A DNA stretch of 64,000 bases. Source: Halarcobacter sp. GTDB lineage: Bacteria > Campylobacterota > Campylobacteria > Campylobacterales > Arcobacteraceae. Below, piece after piece: positions 42,447-53,021 of the stretch. The translations under genes and the position numbers were made by a program. Within the stretch, counting starts at the first letter, position 1, and every line of letters starts with the position of its first letter. Location: assembly GCA_048571215.1 (NCBI GenBank), contig CP182352.1:1728001-1792000 (forward strand). The letters run 5' to 3'. Below the pieces are notes generated by a model. That model was not told where the DNA came from. It did no database searches and was given only the letters and a program-made list of their open reading frames with translations.

Positions 42447-44219
42447 TTAAAACCTTATTATATATTCACATTTATTTAAACTATTTATTTCTATTTCGCC
42501 TGCTAATTGGTCTATAACTAAATTTTTCACAAGGCTTAAACCTAATGAGTCTGTTGATATGTTTTCTATTTTAAATCCATTTCCATCATCATAAACATAT
42601 AAAAAATATTTTCCTTTTTTTTCTTCCAAATTAATATTTATTTTTGAACAAGTAATTGCATATTTTATTGTATTAGATATTAGTTCATTTATGATTATAC
42701 CTACATATATCGCTTTTTTTAGTGGCATTTTTACATCAGTTTTAAGTTCAAAAGATATATCTCTATTATTTAATGAAGAATCAATATCTTTATATAACTT
42801 ATAAAGATATTTATACATATTTATTTTTTCAATTTCATCATTTAAATATAATAAATCATGAGTTTGGGATATAGATTTAATTCGATTTTCTAATTTTACA
42901 AATTGTTCTTGAAGTTGGGTATTTTGAGATTGACCTTGCAATCGTATAATAGAAAGCATTAACTGTAAATTGTTTTTAACTCTATGGTGTAACTCTCTAT
43001 AGAGATTTTCCAAGTTTTTCGTCTGTTTTTTAACCTCTTTTCTTATTAAAATATTTCTTTCTTTTAGTTCTTCATATAACTTTTTATCTAAAAGCTCTTT
43101 TTGTATTTGTAAAATATTTAACCTATCAATAAAAGCTAATAATAAAAATAAAGCTTCAATTAAAGTCAAAATTAAAATCAATGGAGGTAAAAAATACATC
43201 ACAGAGATTATTCCAAGAGCATCTATTATTGTAAGGAAATACCCTATAGATAAAAATGACCACCCAACTATAAAAAATCTTGCTTGTTTATTTCCACTTC
43301 TATAAATATAAACTGCACTAAAAAGATTAAAAAATATAAAAAACAATGCAGTTAATATTGTAACTTCTGGATAATAAAAATAAGGAGTAGATAGTAGTAA
43401 TATCTGTAAAGATACAAAATATATTAAAAATTTGTAAATTCTATCTAACTTAGGAAAATATTTACTTTTTAAAAAACTCCTTGCAAAAATTATAGCAGTG
43501 ATAATCATCATACCAACTTTTGGAACAACAATTAAATTATCATAATAGGTAAACCAGCTTGGTGCATATAATGGCAAAAACCCTATATAAGTTAATTGCT
43601 GAAAAAGCAAAGTAAAAATATAAATACAATAATATAAATAACTCTTCTCTTTTGTATAAATAAACAAACTAAAAGAGTAGATTATAAAAGCTAAAATAAC
43701 TCCAATAAAAAATACTATAAGAAATTGTTTTATTAAATCATTTTTTTTAAACTCTTCTAATCCCTTTAATAAAATAGAAAACTGCAAAGCAGTAGTACTA
43801 TTAGAAAGTTTTAGATAATAAACTTTTTTCTCTTTTTTAAATAAGTTTAATTTAAAACTAGGATTTAAAGATTTTAACCTCTCTTTAATATGTAACATTC
43901 CACTGTGACTATCATCGCAATTTTCTGCATATAATGTAATATGTTCAAGTAAGGGATTGTTTATCTCCAATATAAAATATTTATTTATATCATCTAAGTT
44001 TGTTAGTTCAAGTCTTAACCAAATTGAAATTTTTGAATTAAAACCATAATTTACATGATCTTTTAATAAAGGGGTGAAATTAACTTTATTAATATTAGAA
44101 AAGCTTATATCTTTTTCAGTAGTATATATATCTACTTTTTTTAATATACTTAAATTTTCAGCCTTTACTAGGCTGAAAAATATAAGAGTAAGAAGAAAAA
44201 AAATTTTATAAAATTTCAA
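42447..44219 (-). CDS. Sensor kinase, 7TMR-DISM plus HisKA_2
   Basis: 7TMR-DISMED2-like ectodomain (SIWLRLEL, NPLLEHI), about 7 TMs, ELHHRVKNNLQ, NELISNTIKYA, DDGNG, SLGL. Confidence 0.92.
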   Translation of the reverse strand: MKFYKIFFLLTLIFFSLVKAENLSILKKVDIYTTEKDISFSNINKVNFTPLLKDHVNYGFNSKISIWLRLELTNLDDINKYFILEINNPLLEHITLYAENCDDSHSGMLHIKERLKSLNPSFKLNLFKKEKKVYYLKLSNSTTALQFSILLKGLEEFKKNDLIKQFLIVFFIGVILAFIIYSFSLFIYTKEKSYLYYCIYIFTLLFQQLTYIGFLPLYAPSWFTYYDNLIVVPKVGMMIITAIIFARSFLKSKYFPKLDRIYKFLIYFVSLQILLLSTPYFYYPEVTILTALFFIFFNLFSAVYIYRSGNKQARFFIVGWSFLSIGYFLTIIDALGIISVMYFLPPLILILTLIEALFLLLAFIDRLNILQIQKELLDKKLYEELKERNILIRKEVKKQTKNLENLYRELHHRVKNNLQLMLSIIRLQGQSQNTQLQEQFVKLENRIKSISQTHDLLYLNDEIEKINMYKYLYKLYKDIDSSLNNRDISFELKTDVKMPLKKAIYVGIIINELISNTIKYAITCSKININLEEKKGKYFLYVYDDGNGFKIENISTDSLGLSLVKNLVIDQLAGEIEINSLNKCEYIIRF

Positions 44220-44309
44220 ATACTTTCCTTAGGAAAAGTTTTTTTGTATTTTACAAAATTATATCCAAATTGCAATAAAATTATAACAAATAAACAATTA
44301 AGTTACTAG

Positions 44310-45005
44310 TTATGCACCTAAATATTTTTTTCTAACTTCATCTGAATCAATCAACATTGAAGCTTTTTCTTCCAAGGCAATCTCTCCATTTTCTAAAACA
44401 TATGCATAATCTGCTACATCTAAAGCTGCATATGCATTTTGTTCAACTAAAAGTATAGTGATTCCTTCACTTTTTAATTTTAATATTGTCTCAAAAAGTT
44501 CTCCAACTATTTTTGGTGCAAGTCCAAGTGAAGGTTCATCTAGCATCAATAGTTTTGGTGAACCCATTAATGCCCTAGCTATTGCTAACATTTGTTGTTC
44601 ACCTCCACTCATGGTACCTGCTAATTGATATCTTTTTTCTACAAGTCTTGGAAAAAGTTTATATGAGTGTTCTAATAAGGCTTCATAATTTTTTTCATTG
44701 TTAAAAGCACCAATTCTTAGATTTTCTTCAACTGTAAGATTTATAAAAACCCGTCTTCCCTCTGGAACTAAACTAATACCCTGTTTTATAATATCATGGG
44801 TTTTATATTTAGTAATATTTTTACCCTCAAACTCAATTTTACCAGTTTTTTTAACATCATTTACTATTGATTGTAAGGTGGAAGTTTTACCTGCTCCATT
44901 TGAACCAATAAGAGATACAATATCACCTTTTGAAACTTGAAAGTTTATACCTTTTACAGCTTTTATAAGACCGTAATATACTTCAAGATTATTGATTTTA
45001 AGCAT
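44310..45005 (-). CDS. livF: Branched-chain amino acid ABC transporter ATPase
   Basis: GSNGAGKTS, VPEGRRVF, MSGGEQQML, DEPSLGLAP. Confidence 0.95.
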   Translation of the reverse strand: MLKINNLEVYYGLIKAVKGINFQVSKGDIVSLIGSNGAGKTSTLQSIVNDVKKTGKIEFEGKNITKYKTHDIIKQGISLVPEGRRVFINLTVEENLRIGAFNNEKNYEALLEHSYKLFPRLVEKRYQLAGTMSGGEQQMLAIARALMGSPKLLMLDEPSLGLAPKIVGELFETILKLKSEGITILLVEQNAYAALDVADYAYVLENGEIALEEKASMLIDSDEVRKKYLGA

Positions 45006-45765
45006 GTTTAAACTCTCCTAAATAGGCCTTTATAACCTCTTCATCTTTAATTGCATCTTCAATTTTTCCCTCAAAAATAGTTTTACCATAATCAAGTACC
45101 ATAACCCTATCACAAAGATGATTTACAAACTTCATATCATGTTCTATTAATAAAATAGTTACATTATATTTATCTCTAATATCAAAAAGTAGATGGGCTA
45201 ACTCTTTTGTTTCATTTGGATTCATACCAGCTGCTGGCTCATCTAAAAGTAAAAGCTTTGGAGATGTTGCTAAAGCTCTAGCTATTTCTACCTTTCTTTG
45301 CTGTCCATAAGATAGTGAAGTAGCCAATTCATCAGCAAACTTATCTATACCTAAAAAGTTCATTATCTCATAAGCTTTTTCTTTTACCTCTTTTTCTTGA
45401 GAAAAGAATCTTGGTAGTCTAAAAATTGACTCCAAATAAGTATATTTTGTAGCATTATTAAAACCTATTAAAATATTATCTAAAACACTCATTGAAGAAA
45501 AAAGTCTTATATTTTGAAAAGTTCTAGCAATCCCAAATTTTACTATTTTATAGTTTTTTTTGTTTGTTATATTTTCACCATCTAAAACAACTTCCCCACT
45601 TGTAGGCTTATAATTTCCAGTGATTATATTAAACATAGTTGTTTTACCAGCACCATTTGGTCCAATAAGTCCAAAAATTTCATTTTGTTTTATACTAAAA
45701 GATGTATCATTGATAGCAACAATACCACCAAATTTTTTTGTAATGTTTTTTATCTCTAATATCAT
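44998..45765 (-). CDS. livG: Branched-chain amino acid ABC transporter ATPase
   Basis: [34 protein letters not shown]. Confidence 0.95.
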   Translation of the reverse strand: MILEIKNITKKFGGIVAINDTSFSIKQNEIFGLIGPNGAGKTTMFNIITGNYKPTSGEVVLDGENITNKKNYKIVKFGIARTFQNIRLFSSMSVLDNILIGFNNATKYTYLESIFRLPRFFSQEKEVKEKAYEIMNFLGIDKFADELATSLSYGQQRKVEIARALATSPKLLLLDEPAAGMNPNETKELAHLLFDIRDKYNVTILLIEHDMKFVNHLCDRVMVLDYGKTIFEGKIEDAIKDEEVIKAYLGEFKHA

Positions 45766-46781
45766 CTTTTACCCTTTTTATCTTTTCTTTTGATGATATT
45801 ACTTAACTCTTTTCTACCCAATAAACCTTCCCTTGCAAAAAGCATTACTAATATAAGAATCATTGAAAAAACAACCATTCTAAGACCCGGATGGGCATCT
45901 GTTTGTAAACCAAAAATATTCATAGGTGAATCTAAAAATCTTAACCACTCACTACCACCTATAACAATAATTGTACCTATAATTGTTCCAGTCATAGAAC
46001 CTAAACCACCTAAAACTATTATAATAAGTAGTTGAAATGTTAAGAAAAATGTAAATAGATCTGGTGAAATAGTTGTAAGAAGAACTGCTAACAATCCTCC
46101 ACCAATTCCTTCAAAAAATGCAGAGGTACCAAATGCAAGAGTTTTTATCTTAAAAGTATTTATCCCAATTGCACTTGCTGCATCCTCATCATCCCTAACA
46201 GCTTTCATTGCCCTACCAAATTTTGAGTAAACAATATTTAACATAATCAAAACAGTAATAATAGCAATACCACCTGTCCAATAGATATTTATCAAAGATG
46301 GAATCTCATTTAGTCCAATTGAACCATTTGTAATCTCAGGAGAATTAATAGCAAAAACTTTTATAATAAACCCAAAACCTAAAGTTACAATTGCCAAATA
46401 ATCACCCCTAACTCTAAATACAGGAGCTGCAAGTAAAACTGCAACAATTGATGCTATAACACCACTTAATAATAGTGCTGGAACAAGTGAAGTATTTAAG
46501 GCTAATACCCAAGGGGCTGGATCTTCTAGTTGAAATAAATCCCACTTTAAATCTTCACTTAATAAACATAAGGCTGTAGTATAAGCACCAATAGCAACAA
46601 ATCCATTTGGTTCTAATGAAAACTGACCTGTAATACCATTTATTAGATTATATGAAGCGGCTAGTATTAAAAATATAAAAATGTTGTTTAATATTCTTAT
46701 CCCATAATCTTCAAATACATAAGGTGAAATTACAACAAAAGCGATTGCCAAAATTAAATAGAGTATAAAATTCTTATTCAT
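45762..46781 (-). CDS. livM: Branched-chain amino acid ABC permease
   Basis: [34 protein letters not shown]. Confidence 0.93.
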   Translation of the reverse strand: MNKNFILYLILAIAFVVISPYVFEDYGIRILNNIFIFLILAASYNLINGITGQFSLEPNGFVAIGAYTTALCLLSEDLKWDLFQLEDPAPWVLALNTSLVPALLLSGVIASIVAVLLAAPVFRVRGDYLAIVTLGFGFIIKVFAINSPEITNGSIGLNEIPSLINIYWTGGIAIITVLIMLNIVYSKFGRAMKAVRDDEDAASAIGINTFKIKTLAFGTSAFFEGIGGGLLAVLLTTISPDLFTFFLTFQLLIIIVLGGLGSMTGTIIGTIIVIGGSEWLRFLDSPMNIFGLQTDAHPGLRMVVFSMILILVMLFAREGLLGRKELSNIIKRKDKKGKR

Positions 46782-46783
46782 GA

Positions 46784-47680
46784 TTAAAACCTACTCTTTT
46801 CAAAATTTATCCCCATAATACCAGTTGGTTTAAAAAGTAAAACAAGAATTAAAAATACAAAAGCTATGGCATCCTTATACCCTCCATACTCAGGAAGAAA
46901 TGCTACAAAAATAACTTCTGTAAATCCTAAAATAAAGCCACCTAAAACAGCACCAGTAACAGAACCAATACCACCTAAGACGGCTGCTGCAAACGCCTTT
47001 AACCCTATCATAACTCCCATATATGGAGTTAATATAGGGTATGATATAGCCCAAAAGAGTCCAGAAACTCCAGCTAAACTTGAACCTATAATAAAAACTA
47101 TCATAATAATTTTATTTGAGTCAATTCCCATTAATGATACTGTTTTTACATCAAAGGCTAATGCTCTAATTGCAATACCATATTTTGTTCTAAAAAGAAT
47201 AAAAAGTAAAACTGCCAATAAAAGTAAAGTTACAACAGGAACAATAATAACTGTTGGTGTTAAAACTGTACCACCAACACTAATTAACTGTTCAAAAAAA
47301 TCTGGTACATCAAATGATTTTGGTGTTCCTCCAAAAGTAACATTTATAATATTTTCTAAAAAAAAGGAAACACCAATTGCGGTTATGAGCAAAGAGATTC
47401 TTGGAGCTTCCCTTAAAGGTTTATAGGCAACTTTATCTGTTAAAATCCCTATAAGTGTGGAGATTACAATTGCAAAAAGAAAAGCAAAAGGAACAGAAAG
47501 TTCTAAAGTATTTGCAGCATAAAAAGCTGCAAATGCTCCTACCATCATTATGTCTGCATGGGCAAAGTTAATAAGCCTTAGTACTCCATAAACCATAGTG
47601 TAACCTATGGCTATAAGAGCATACATACTTCCTAAACTTACCCCATTGACAAGCTGTTGTAATAGTGTAATAAAATCCAT
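46784..47680 (-). CDS. livH: Branched-chain amino acid ABC permease
   Basis: GSMYALIAIGYTMVYGVLRLINFAH, KAFAAAVLGGIG. Confidence 0.95.
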   Translation of the reverse strand: MDFITLLQQLVNGVSLGSMYALIAIGYTMVYGVLRLINFAHADIMMVGAFAAFYAANTLELSVPFAFLFAIVISTLIGILTDKVAYKPLREAPRISLLITAIGVSFFLENIINVTFGGTPKSFDVPDFFEQLISVGGTVLTPTVIIVPVVTLLLLAVLLFILFRTKYGIAIRALAFDVKTVSLMGIDSNKIIMIVFIIGSSLAGVSGLFWAISYPILTPYMGVMIGLKAFAAAVLGGIGSVTGAVLGGFILGFTEVIFVAFLPEYGGYKDAIAFVFLILVLLFKPTGIMGINFEKSRF

Positions 47681-47696
47681 AAACTAACTTACAAAC

Positions 47697-48818
47697 TTAT
47701 TTTGGGTCGACAGTTGTAAGATACTCTTTTTTACCAGATTTTATTACATTGATAACTGCTGATCTTACTGCATCACCATTTTCAAGTGTAATAACCCCTG
47801 ATGCTCCTTGGAATTTTTTAGTTGCTCTAATGTTTTTATTTACACAAACAGAATCTGTTGGATCTTCACATTTATTCATAGCTGCTACTATTATATTGTA
47901 TGAATCACCTGATAAAACTCCAAAAGGATGAACCTCTTTATTCAATTTTGCCTTATATGCTTTTTCGTATTTTTTTGAAAGGTCAGTTGTTTTTGGAGCA
48001 CTTGGTGAATAAAGGTCTGTTGCATAAAAACCTTCAACTGCATCTCCTCCTACTTCAAAGAAAACATTATCTGCTGTCATACCATCAGTTCCTAAAAACT
48101 TAGCTGTGATTCCTAACTGCTTAGCTTGTTTTGCAATAAGTGCAGCTTCAGCTGAATAGATTGGGAAAAAGATAAGTTGTGGATTTAAAGCTTTGATATT
48201 TGAAAGCATAGCTTTATAATCAGAATCACCTTGGTTTATTTTAGCTTGTTGTAAAATAGTACCACCAAGTTTTTTATAAGCTCGTTTAAATACTTTTGAA
48301 ATACCTATTGAATAATCATTTTTAACATCAGTAATTAAAACTGCTTTTTTAAATTTCAAATAATTTATTGCAAAGTCAGCGGCAACTTGTCCTTGAAAGG
48401 CATCAGAGAAACAAACTCTTGAAACATAGTCTTTTCTTTTTGTTACTAAAATATTTGTCGCCACAGGTGCAACAACTGGAACCTTTGCATTCTCTGCAAT
48501 TTTTGTCATAGCCATAGTATTTGTAGAAGTAAGTGCACCAATAATTGCCGTTACTTTATCATATGAAACTAATTTACTTGCTGCATTTGCTGCTTCAATT
48601 TTATCTGATTTATTATCTACTAGTATAAGTTTTACATCATCACCATTTTTTAGTTTTGGTTGCATATCATGGGCAACATATAAACCCTCTACTGCACTTT
48701 GACCAAAACCACCAATAGGTCCAGACATAGGCATAATAACACCAATTTTTACCTCTTTTGCAAAAGCAACAGTACAAGCCAATGCAGAAACCACTGCTAA
48801 GTTAACTAACTTTTTCAT
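47697..48818 (-). CDS. livK: Branched-chain amino acid ABC substrate-binding protein (LivJ/K)
   Basis: Signal peptide, VKIGV..PMSG, RVCFSDAFQG; first gene of liv operon. Confidence 0.9.
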   Translation of the reverse strand: MKKLVNLAVVSALACTVAFAKEVKIGVIMPMSGPIGGFGQSAVEGLYVAHDMQPKLKNGDDVKLILVDNKSDKIEAANAASKLVSYDKVTAIIGALTSTNTMAMTKIAENAKVPVVAPVATNILVTKRKDYVSRVCFSDAFQGQVAADFAINYLKFKKAVLITDVKNDYSIGISKVFKRAYKKLGGTILQQAKINQGDSDYKAMLSNIKALNPQLIFFPIYSAEAALIAKQAKQLGITAKFLGTDGMTADNVFFEVGGDAVEGFYATDLYSPSAPKTTDLSKKYEKAYKAKLNKEVHPFGVLSGDSYNIIVAAMNKCEDPTDSVCVNKNIRATKKFQGASGVITLENGDAVRSAVINVIKSGKKEYLTTVDPK

Positions 48819-48930
48819 AAAAACTCCTATTTTTTTATTTCAAAATAATATGCAGTAGATTATCATAATTAAACAAAAGCTTCAATAAGATGAAACTATT
48901 ATACATATTAATTGCTATTTTATTAAAATT

Positions 48931-50835
48931 TTAAGATATTGTATTTTTACCCTTTTCTTTTGAGTAGTATAAGGATTTATCAGCTCTAATTACCATATCT
49001 TCTATCTTATCATCATTTTTGAGATACTCAGTACAACCAATACTAATCGTAAATTTAACAATAATATTCTCTATATCATTTTGAAGTTTATTTATTTTTT
49101 TAAGTATTTTATTACCAACAATTTTTGAATTTTCTAAATTAACATCAGGTAATAAAACTAAAAATTCATCACCACCAAACCTAACTATAATATCATTTTC
49201 CCTCAAAAGCTCTTTTATTTCATTTACTAAAGTCTGAAGTATTTTATCTCCAGTATTATGTCCATATTGATCATTTATATGTTTAAAATCATCAATATCT
49301 ATCATTAGCAAAGATAATGTGCTCTTTTCTCTTTTTACTATTTCAAAATAATTTTTACTAAAATCATTTAAAAACCTTCTATTATAAGCACCAGTAAGAA
49401 CATCTGTATTTGATAAATGTTCATGCATCGCTTTGTTTGCTTCTGCTTCGATTAACTTTTCAGTTCTATTTTCTAACTCCTCAATCATATTATTAAAATT
49501 TTTATTTAATATATCAAGTTCTTCAACTCCTGTAGGAGATAAGCTTTTAATATGCTTTTGTTTAGCTAGGTTTTTTGTTAATGAAATAATTTTTAGTAAT
49601 GGGTCATTTATTCTTTTTACAAAATTATTAGATTTTTTATAAAGATATATAAAAAATAATGTATAAAAAAGTATAATAAGTGAGATAATCAATATTCCTA
49701 AATCTATATAATAATCCTCAAGTTCATTTACCTCTTTTAAAATATTTTCTTGTTTAATCAAACTTACAATATGCCAAGAAGTTTTTTCAATATACTCAGT
49801 AAATAAAAGATATTTTTTACCATCAATTTCTAATTCATTTTTATATTTTTTATTTTTTAAAATATCTTTTAAAATTGAAACCAACTGTTTATTTTTGTGA
49901 TTTAAAATATTAATCTTTTCTTTTAATATTGTCCCATTTACTTTTTCATCTTTTTTATATTTATAGCGATTGAAATCTATACCTAAAATTGCTTTTATAC
50001 CATCCGTTGTTGCGATAATGTCCCCTTGGTTATCTAACAAAAAACTATCAGCATTGTATGGAATTTTAATTTCTAAAAGTGATTCTATTATCTTTTCAAT
50101 AGTAATATCAAAACCTGTGACACCCTCTAATTTGTTGTTGTAATATATAGGAACTAGTGAACTTATCATCCAGCCCTGTCCTGCTGGATCCAAATATATA
50201 TCTGTCCAAACAACTTTTCTTTCTGGATTATGTATTAAATCAGCTTTATAAAAAAAATTGTATTTTTTTATATCAAAACTAGCAGGAAAAGTTTTATATG
50301 GATCTTTTAGATAGGGATAGTATCTACTATAATTATATTTAGAGTTATAATATGCAGATGTAATCATTTTATTATTATCAACAGCTATTTTAAAACTTTT
50401 ATCAAATAGTTCAGTTTTGTCTAATTCATCTTGCAAAGTTTTATCTATTTTTATATCTTTTGATACAATTACAAAAGAACCGCCATTGTCAACTGACTTG
50501 TAATACATACCATTTTCGGCTACTTTAAATTTAGGTTTTTTATCTATTTTAATATTCTTATAATATTTAAAAAAGTTTTGATGTTCATTTTGAAATAATA
50601 AAGCTATTTTTTCAATATCAAGAAGATTTCTATTTATATCATCTTTTATATCATCTATTTTACTATAAACTGTTTCTCTTAGGTCTTTAATAATAAAACT
50701 TGAACTTTTATTTACCAAATTATTTGTAACATTAAAATATAAAAATAAAAGTGTTATCTCTATAAAGATAATTGATGTTAATGCAGTTTTTAAATAATTT
50801 TGATAAATTAAGTTTTTTAAATTAACTGTTTTCAT
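48931..50835 (-). CDS. dCache-HAMP-GGDEF diguanylate cyclase
   Basis: VWTDIYLDPAGQGWMIS Cache motif; DVLTGAYNRR, REND I-site, GGDEF. Confidence 0.92.
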   Translation of the reverse strand: MKTVNLKNLIYQNYLKTALTSIIFIEITLLFLYFNVTNNLVNKSSSFIIKDLRETVYSKIDDIKDDINRNLLDIEKIALLFQNEHQNFFKYYKNIKIDKKPKFKVAENGMYYKSVDNGGSFVIVSKDIKIDKTLQDELDKTELFDKSFKIAVDNNKMITSAYYNSKYNYSRYYPYLKDPYKTFPASFDIKKYNFFYKADLIHNPERKVVWTDIYLDPAGQGWMISSLVPIYYNNKLEGVTGFDITIEKIIESLLEIKIPYNADSFLLDNQGDIIATTDGIKAILGIDFNRYKYKKDEKVNGTILKEKINILNHKNKQLVSILKDILKNKKYKNELEIDGKKYLLFTEYIEKTSWHIVSLIKQENILKEVNELEDYYIDLGILIISLIILFYTLFFIYLYKKSNNFVKRINDPLLKIISLTKNLAKQKHIKSLSPTGVEELDILNKNFNNMIEELENRTEKLIEAEANKAMHEHLSNTDVLTGAYNRRFLNDFSKNYFEIVKREKSTLSLLMIDIDDFKHINDQYGHNTGDKILQTLVNEIKELLRENDIIVRFGGDEFLVLLPDVNLENSKIVGNKILKKINKLQNDIENIIVKFTISIGCTEYLKNDDKIEDMVIRADKSLYYSKEKGKNTIS

Positions 50836-50926
50836 TTACTTGCCTAAAATAGCGCTCTTAAAATAATTTTATAATCTTAAAAATCAAAGGCAAATGAAAA
50901 TAATAATCAATAAACATAATTTAAGT

Positions 50927-51268
50927 TTAATTTAACTCTAAACTCATCAAATACATCTCTTCACCATCAACTACTTTTATCATATTGCTATTACACTTTG
51001 GACAGAAGAACTCATTTTTTTCTAATGTTGAAGTGGTATTACAATCCAAACACTCAATAACCACTTTTTGATGATTTATAATAAATTGGGCATTTTCACA
51101 AACTGTTTTTTCTTTAAAAGTATCAAAGGCAGTTTGCAATAAATCTGGTTCTACTCCAGATAAAACACCTATTTTTACTACAACTTTTGTTACATTTGTT
51201 GACTCATTTTGTTTTGCATGCTCTTCGCAACTATCCAAAAGTGATTGAACTATACTATATTCATGCAT
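50927..51268 (-). CDS. hypA: Hydrogenase nickel incorporation protein
   Basis: MHEYSI, CLDC and CPKC. Confidence 0.96.
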   Translation of the reverse strand: MHEYSIVQSLLDSCEEHAKQNESTNVTKVVVKIGVLSGVEPDLLQTAFDTFKEKTVCENAQFIINHQKVVIECLDCNTTSTLEKNEFFCPKCNSNMIKVVDGEEMYLMSLELN

Positions 51269-51310
51269 TAAATTTTTCCTTTTGAAATATCCTATTTTTT
51301 AAAGAGACCA

Positions 51311-52309
51311 TTAACAAATCCTTGGTAATAATTCACCTGTTGGCAAATCTATAAATCTTTGGGTTCCCCAAGCTGTATTTAAAATAACTTTACCTTTATG
51401 CTTTGAGTTTACAAGCCCTATAATACTTGATTGTTTTGAAGTATCCATTGATTTTAAAAGCTGCATCGCTTTTTCAACTTCACTTTTTGGAAGTGCTAAT
51501 ACAAAAGTTCCCTCATTTGCTAAACTTAGAGCTTCAAAACCTAAAAGCTCACAAACTCCATTTACCTCATCACAAACAGGTATTTTTTCCTCTTCTATCT
51601 CTATACAAATATCAGATTGTTTTGCCCACTCATTTAAAACTGCACTTACACCACCTCTTGTAGCATCTCTTAAGGCTCTAATATTTACACCATTTTCAAT
51701 AAGCTTTTCAACTACAGGCCAAAGGGAAGCACAATCAGATTCTAAAGAAGTTGAAAAATCAATCCCCTCGCGTGCTGCAAAGATTGTAGCTCCATGTTTT
51801 CCTATAGAGTTAGATACTATAATCACATCATCTTCTAAAATAGAGTTTGAAGAGATTCCACTTTTTTTAACCTCACCAATTCCAGTTGTATTTATAAATA
51901 TCTTATCCACACTACCACGAGGTACCACCTTAGTATCTCCAGATACAACAACAGCCCCATTTATCTCAAGCTCTTTTTTCATACTAGCAACTATTGTATT
52001 TAATGTTTCAACATCAAAGCCCTCTTCAAGAATAACTGAACAAGTAAGATACTTAGGCTTTGCACCCATCATAGCTAAGTCATTGCAAGTACCACAAACT
52101 GCAAGCTTACCAATATTTGCTCCTGGGAACTCTATAGGACTTACGGTAAAACTATCTGTAGAAAAAGCTAGCTTTCCATCTTGGATAATAGCTGCATCTT
52201 CACTTTTTGCTAAAATATCATTTTCAAAAGCCTTATAAAAAACTTTTGATATAAGTTCATTGTTTTCTTGCCCACCATTTCCCTGTGCTAGCGTTATTGT
52301 TTTAGTCAT
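51311..52309 (-). CDS. hypE: Hydrogenase maturation carbamoyl dehydratase
   Basis: TDSFTVSP, GDTKVV, RDATRGG, C-terminal LPRIC. Confidence 0.96.
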   Translation of the reverse strand: MTKTITLAQGNGGQENNELISKVFYKAFENDILAKSEDAAIIQDGKLAFSTDSFTVSPIEFPGANIGKLAVCGTCNDLAMMGAKPKYLTCSVILEEGFDVETLNTIVASMKKELEINGAVVVSGDTKVVPRGSVDKIFINTTGIGEVKKSGISSNSILEDDVIIVSNSIGKHGATIFAAREGIDFSTSLESDCASLWPVVEKLIENGVNIRALRDATRGGVSAVLNEWAKQSDICIEIEEEKIPVCDEVNGVCELLGFEALSLANEGTFVLALPKSEVEKAMQLLKSMDTSKQSSIIGLVNSKHKGKVILNTAWGTQRFIDLPTGELLPRIC

Positions 52310-53021
52310 TTTCAACCTCTTTTTCTACAATCTCTCCAAATCTTTTTAAAACTAAATTTGCATATGGAGTCTTCTTTATATTTTTAATTAAAATATCGAT
52401 TGGAATATCTTTATCTTTTCCAACTTCCTTGATATATGATTGCATAATATCTTCATTGTATTCTGGATGAAATTGTACACCCCAAGCATTTTTGCCTATC
52501 CTAAAAGCATGATTTTTTTCATATTTATTATATGCTAAATGTATGCTATCTTTAGGAAGTTCTAATACTGATTGGGAGTGTATTGTATGTGCCATAAACG
52601 ATTTTGGCACTCCACTAAAAAGTTTATCATTTGCTACATTATTTGATAAATTTATCTCTACACTACCTATCTCCATACCATCTTTATGAAAATCACTAAT
52701 TCCACCCATACTTTTTCCTAAAAGCTGGTGTCCATAACATATTCCCAATAGTGGTATCTCTTTTTCAATTAAAATTGGTATCCATTGTTCAATTGCTACA
52801 CTCCATGGCTCTTCATCTGTAACCATAGAGTGTGAACCTGTTATAATAACTCCTGCACACTCTTCAATATCTGGAAAATAGATTTTTTCTTGTATATGTA
52901 TAACTTCAATATCTAAATTAGGATTGTCTAACTTATCAATAACCCAAGTATCAAAATCTTTATTCTGTTTTTTTGTATCTTCAAAAGTGATACCAGCTTT
53001 AATAATAAAAAGTTTTTTCAT
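52302..53021 (-). CDS. Class I glutamine amidotransferase-like protein
   Basis: ITGS, LGICYGHQ nucleophile elbow, VQFHPE. Confidence 0.9.
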   Translation of the reverse strand: MKKLFIIKAGITFEDTKKQNKDFDTWVIDKLDNPNLDIEVIHIQEKIYFPDIEECAGVIITGSHSMVTDEEPWSVAIEQWIPILIEKEIPLLGICYGHQLLGKSMGGISDFHKDGMEIGSVEINLSNNVANDKLFSGVPKSFMAHTIHSQSVLELPKDSIHLAYNKYEKNHAFRIGKNAWGVQFHPEYNEDIMQSYIKEVGKDKDIPIDILIKNIKKTPYANLVLKRFGEIVEKEVEND

